DNA of 63,447 bases, filler included, from Octopus bimaculoides (Eukaryota), in the NCBI RefSeq assembly GCF_001194135.2. It is 5 parts of 5 records of this genome, joined end to end, with 100 filler letters (N's around TTAATTAATTAA, not from the genome) between each part and the next. Parts side by side here need not be neighbours in the genome. Positions count along the whole stretch, not along the records: positions 55,080 to 63,447 come from NC_068981.1; 4 more parts are not named here. One strand, 5' to 3'. Position 1 is the stretch's first letter; every line of letters begins with the position of its first letter. This document shows positions 61,901 to 63,447 of this stretch, in pieces. Under the pieces are notes generated by a model that did no database searches, was not told where the DNA came from, and was given only the letters and a program-made list of their open reading frames with translations. Both the position numbers and the translations under genes were made by a program.

Positions 61901-63231
61901 GATTAGTACAGGAGTAACTTGGGGAAAAACAACCAGCTACAACAGTAGGTGTGTCATTGATATTGGTGTCACTCAAGCAACACACATTCGTAGCTACTTG
62001 TATGCTTTAACAATCTTATTAATAACAATAAAATTGTAAACTGACATTCCGAAACTTCATTTCACTGAAGTCTAATTGTCGACTGGAAGGCGTATACGTG
62101 TGTCTCTCAGCATGGGGGAATATTTCTGGAATTCGACGTGAGCAGTCTCACTGTAACATATTGACCAAAATAACCGTAGTTCCTGTCATCATTTCTACAC
62201 TAGCAGTGATTAGGGCAGCTTTGCACTCAACTTTTCCCTGCAAAATTCAACTGATTTGGTTATAATTCAGCCTGCTATTTAAGTTTGGCTTTTTGAATCC
62301 CAATCGTTTAAAGATTCTATCTACGAAAATAGCTTTTAATCAACCATCTTTCTGTTTTTGTTTTTACTTAATGCGCATGTCATTGCCAAATAGAACACAT
62401 TCACGTTGGGGGTCAAAGAATTCGTGTTATAGTCGTCAAAAGTTTAGTATCTGATTCATCCCATTGATCACTTGCTAAATCTGTCAGATAACGGTGTGGA
62501 GATTGCGCAGGACCATCCGTAAATCATCGAGGTCATATCTATGGGAACGACATAATCAGTCAAACATGTAACATTCGATCCGGCAAGAATGTATCATTAG
62601 AAAAATCAATGTTTTTTATAGTAATTCGCAGAAAACTTAATCCCAGAGATTAGCCTGCATACCACCTGATGAAATTATTTTCAGTTTCATTTCATTTCGT
62701 GGTCAACGAGCTTGACGTCCACTTAGATACTTTGCTGTTTTTTAAAAATCAAATGTAGGTATCGGGGCCTTTTATGTGGGCGTCCGCCTGCTAAGGTTGG
62801 TGGTATGGCCTTGTGCCTAATCATAACGAGCATCAAACTTAAATGTAACTTCAATTGATTTCCGGTACAATTACTATAGACTAGTTGCCAAATTCAAAGT
62901 AGTAAAACAGTATGCAATGAAAATGTTGAATTGGGGCGTGGTGAAATTGTATTGTAAGTAATCAGTTATAACTATATATATATGCTATTGTGTAGACGGA
63001 GCTGTCAAATGATTGATTACATTAAATAAATAAATATATTGAGCTGCTGCTGTCATAGTTAGCCTTATATCTTGACTATACGGTTTATGCTCATGGCAAA
63101 GTCCTCAGTCTTTTAGTGCCAGCTAATGGAAATTCTAATGAATTATAGTGTGCCTGGTCAATAAAATGAACCTCGTCATGATACCTGTTTAGCAATTAAT
63201 TAACCAATGCCAGGGAGGATATCACAACTCA

Positions 63232-63447
63232 TACTCTTTTACTTGTTTCAGTCATTTGACTGTGGCCATGCTGGAGCACCGCCTTTAGTCGAGCAAATCG
63301 AACCCAGGACTTATTCTTTGTAAGCCTAGTACTTATTCTATTGGTCTCTTTTTGCCGAACCGCTAAGTTACGGGGGACGTAAACACACCAGCATCGGTTG
63401 TCAAGCGATGTTGGGGGGACAAACACAGACACACAAACACACATACA
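63232..63447 (-). mobile_element. Family D SINE 3' half (runs off the window)
   Basis: Reverse complement of the 25960-26160 tail. Confidence 0.85.

Overview
Eukaryotic (animal) non-genic DNA from a gapped draft assembly, most likely an octopus (coleoid cephalopod). This is inferred from the recurring tRNA-derived SINE families, the extreme microsatellite load and the 44N-TTAATTAATTAA-44N scaffold spacers. No host protein-coding gene, rRNA, true tRNA or CRISPR array is supported, and almost all long ORFs in the track are N-gap or microsatellite artefacts. The window is a layered transposon graveyard: about 30 SINE copies or fragments (several nested with clear TSDs), degenerate LINEs (R4/Dong x2, Tx1/L1, RTE), a degenerate Penelope-like element (PLE; RT + GIY-YIG), a Tc1/mariner element with nested insertions and a partial duplicate, a hAT-Charlie MITE with an 8-bp TSD, and a head-to-tail Helitron pair carrying a partial RepHel pseudogene. 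The most interesting signal is invisible in the ORF track. About ten minimal type-I hammerhead-ribozyme (HHR) motifs lie in several unrelated short PLE-type modules, most next to microsatellites and most with very short or palindromic helix III, the dimer-type architecture. Four have intact catalytic cores and well-formed helices (6291-6379 -, 21082-21142 +, 32636-32680 -, 58998-59106 -). One sits inside a perfect 50-bp inverted repeat that starts at its helix III, and one lies just downstream of the PLE ORF and has a sister copy showing helix-I covariation. All structures were folded by eye and are untested.
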